From assembly GCA_016208765.1 (NCBI GenBank), contig JACQXK010000001.1:128218-192217 (forward strand): 64,000 nt of DNA, read 5' to 3'. Position numbers and translations under genes: made by a program. The DNA comes from Candidatus Omnitrophota bacterium. Its GTDB lineage: Bacteria > Omnitrophota > Gorgyraeia > Gygaellales > Profunditerraquicolaceae. Below are positions 63,414-64,000 of this stretch, one piece after another (position 1 is the stretch's first letter; every line of letters starts with the position of its first letter). Below the pieces are notes generated by a model, which saw only the letters and a program-made list of their open reading frames with translations, searched no databases and was not told where the DNA came from.

Positions 63414-64000
63414 ATGGATATTTTATTAAAAAGAATTATTGAGGCAGCTGGTATTCCTGGTTATGAAAGTGAAATTGCAAAGATAATGCACGCTGAATTT
63501 AAAAAAACCTGCGACCAGGTGCAGATTGATAATTTTGGCAATGTCATTGCCAAAAAGGGTAAGGGCAAAATCAAGATTATGCTTGCAGCACACATGGATG
63601 AGATAGGTTTGATGGTTAAGCACATAACAAAAGAAGGTTTTTTATATTTTATAAAATTAGGCGGAATAGACGACAGGATACTTCCTGCGCAGAGAGTTAT
63701 AGTAAAAGCTAAAAAAGGAGATTGCCTGGGGATAATTGGCACAAAGCCTCCGCATCTGCAAAAGGAAGAAGAAAAGAAGAAGCCTCTTAAATATGAGGAT
63801 ATGTTTCAAGGCAATAGACGATAGAATCGGCTGTTTTGCTTTAATTAAAATAATGGAAAAATTAAAAGTTAATGCGGAAGTTTATGCTGTAGCCACAACT
63901 CAGGAAGAGGTGGGTTTAAAGGGTGCTCGCACTTCGGCATTTAAGATTGATCCTGCTTATGCCATAGCCATAGATACTAATGCTGCAGGAGATACTCCTC
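63414..64000 (+). pseudogene. M42 aminopeptidase with an internal deletion and frameshift near 63807; runs off the window end
   Basis: AAHMDEIG, GGID, PPH in frame 1; KAIDDRIG and QEEVGLKGA in a shifted frame; the usual IDIG...GD segment is absent. Confidence 0.75.

Noticed and set aside
460-63742. All minus-strand ORFs in the track (for example 35085-35765, 39219-39785, 37861-38367, 27917-28354)
   Set aside because: Antisense shadows overlapping well-supported plus-strand genes, with no recognisable motifs.

Overview
AT-rich bacterial chromosome segment. Gene content and repeat style suggest an anaerobic diderm such as Omnitrophota, which is inference only. All credible genes lie on the + strand. 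Housekeeping blocks: nadE, hppA, recG-rsmD-coaD-yceD-rpmF-plsX-fabHDG-acpP-fabF, leuCDB-asd-truA. Accessory blocks: an oxidative-stress cluster (Tpx-PCD fusion, lone RnfD/NqrB-like protein, exported SOR-like protein, MsrB-MsrA), a TolC/YbhG/YbhFSR-type efflux operon, a T2SS/T4P-like gsp cluster, a fluoride riboswitch with crcB, and a DUF134-led arsenic-type operon. Two results stand out. (1) An ECF sigma factor, a soluble zinc-finger anti-sigma and a membrane-anchored CHAT protease-TPR protein form a three-gene module. An identical bipartite motif TGTTAGATTTT-N9-TGTGTCTATTA lies upstream of both the anti-sigma gene and a nearby beta-propeller/OEP-like gene, suggesting a protease-triggered sigma circuit with a visible promoter and target. 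(2) Miniature palindromic elements with CCCC...GGGG-type termini sit in-frame inside rsmD, asd and a pseudopilin leader peptide, and also between genes. gspG and the final M42 peptidase gene carry internal deletions with frameshifts, possibly assembly artefacts. No rRNA, tRNA, CRISPR array or transposase was seen. All family assignments are from motif recognition, not database searches.
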